A stretch of DNA of 4,591 nucleotides from the IMG/VR virus record IMGVR_UViG_2579778535_000001, positions 1-4,591 of that record. One strand, 5' to 3'. The stretch comes from a virus. Taxonomy: Duplodnaviria > Heunggongvirae > Uroviricota > Caudoviricetes. Each line of letters starts with the position of its first letter. Positions within the stretch are counted from its first letter, which is position 1. The notes beneath the pieces are model-generated. The model saw nothing but the letters and a program-made list of their open reading frames with translations, was not told the DNA's origin and did not search any database. A program made the translations under genes and the position numbers. Shown here piece after piece: positions 3,702 to 4,591 of this stretch.

Positions 3702-4591
3702 TGCCACTGCTGGATAAGCTGCGTGAGCAGTACGGGGTCGGACCGGTATGCAGCGAACTGCATATTGCCCCGTCAACGTATTACCATTGTCAGCAACAGC
3801 GACATCATCCGGATAAACGCAGTGCCCGTGCGCAGCACGACGACTGGCTGAAGAGAGAGATACAGCGCGTATACGATGAAAATCATCAGGTGTACGGTGT
3901 GCGTAAAGTCTGGCGTCAGTTGTTACGGGAAGGAATCAGGGTGGCCAGATGTACAGTGGCACGTCTCATGGCGGTTATGGGACTTGCCGGTGTTCTCCGG
4001 GGTAAAAAGGTCCGTACGACCATCAGCCGGAAAGCCGTTGCCGCAGGCGACCGCGTAAACCGTCAGTTCGTGGCAGAACGACCTGACCAGCTGTGGGTGG
4101 CTGATTTTACTTACGTCAGCACATGGCAGGGCTTCGTCTATGTGGCGTTTATCATTGATGTGTTTGCCGGATACATCGTGGGGTGGCGGGTCTCATCGTC
4201 TATGGAAACGACATTCGTGCTGGATGCGCTGGAGCAGGCGTTGTGGGCCCGTCGTCCGTCTGGCACCATCCATCACAGCGATAAAGGCTCTCAGTATGTG
4301 TCACTGGCCTATACGGAGCGACTAAAAGAAGCCGGATTACTGGCATCAACAGGGAGTACAGGCGACTCGTATGACAACGCGATGGCTGAGAGCATCAATG
4401 GTCTTTACAAAGCGGAGGTAATACACCGTAAGAGCTGGAAAAACCGTGCAGAAGTGGAACTGGCCACACTAACGTGGGTGGACTGGTATAACAATCGACG
4501 ATTGCTGGGAAGGCTGGGCCATACTCCTCCGGCAGAAGCAGAAAAAGCTTATTATGCTTCCATCGGAAACGATGATCTGGCAGCCTGAGTT
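3570..4591 (+). mobile_element. IS3-family insertion sequence (IS629-like), left end deleted; right end beyond the window
   Basis: orfA remnant plus intact orfB. No left inverted repeat or orfA 5' region is present. IS-like sequence begins about 3570-3580, directly next to phage ninE-upstream sequence. Window ends 3 nt after the orfB stop, so the right inverted repeat is not visible. Confidence 0.85.
3698..4588 (+). CDS. IS3-family transposase OrfB (DDE integrase-fold catalytic subunit, 296 aa), IS629/IS1203-like
   Basis: 296 aa with the DDE triad context WVADFTYV (D), HHSDKGSQY (D), [18 protein letters not shown] (E). ATG overlaps the orfA stop in the -1 frame, the standard IS3 arrangement. 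Strongly resembles IS629 OrfB as recalled. Confidence 0.95.
   Translation: MMPLLDKLREQYGVGPVCSELHIAPSTYYHCQQQRHHPDKRSARAQHDDWLKREIQRVYDENHQVYGVRKVWRQLLREGIRVARCTVARLMAVMGLAGVLRGKKVRTTISRKAVAAGDRVNRQFVAERPDQLWVADFTYVSTWQGFVYVAFIIDVFAGYIVGWRVSSSMETTFVLDALEQALWARRPSGTIHHSDKGSQYVSLAYTERLKEAGLLASTGSTGDSYDNAMAESINGLYKAEVIHRKSWKNRAEVELATLTWVDWYNNRRLLGRLGHTPPAEAEKAYYASIGNDDLAA

Noticed and set aside
3114-3776. 220-aa minus-strand ORF from the six-frame track
   Set aside because: Only the last 56 codons (3114..3284) look like a real gene (NinF-like, own SD and GTG start coupled to the ninE stop). The upstream 160 codons run through ninE in another frame and across the phage/IS junction antisense to IS orfA, with low-complexity composition, so this is read-through of an open frame.
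3876-4325. Two plus-strand ORFs (60 and 61 aa) inside the transposase gene
   Set aside because: Alternative frames within IS orfB; Trp/Arg/Cys-rich out-of-frame translations with no start context.
1-4591. CRISPR array, retron-like ncRNA with reverse transcriptase, or other recognisable defence system
   Set aside because: No regularly spaced direct repeats and no RT, Cas, or ATPase/nuclease defence-pair architecture are present; the ORFs are accounted for by lambdoid nin/late genes and an IS. Candidates for undescribed biology are limited to the small AT-rich ORF, the HNH gene and the tRNAs.

Overview
This window reads as the right-hand regulatory end of a lambdoid prophage, with every phage gene on the minus strand, abutted by a 5'-truncated IS3-family insertion sequence on the plus strand. 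Reading the minus strand from 3457 down to 1, the phage genes run ninE, ninF, an AT-rich 70-aa unknown ORF, ybcO (DUF1364), an AT-rich HNH-AP2 homing-endonuclease-like gene, rusA, ninH and a lambda-type Q antiterminator. Downstream follow a PR'/qut-like late promoter, a 6S-like leader with its tR' terminator, two phage-borne tRNA genes (Asn-GUU, Thr-UGU), and a pinholin-like holin whose 3' end overlaps the start of a SAR-type endolysin that runs off the left edge. The nin genes are joined by stop/start overlaps. At about 3458-3575 the phage sequence gives way to an IS629-like element lacking its left inverted repeat and most of orfA, with an intact orfB; this suggests an IS-associated deletion and a defective prophage. 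I found no CRISPR array, toxin cargo or recognisable defence system. The most plausible places for undescribed biology are the two AT-rich insertions (orf70 and the HNH gene) and the tRNA pair in the late leader. All homology statements come from reading the translations and from memory of reference proteins; no searches were run.
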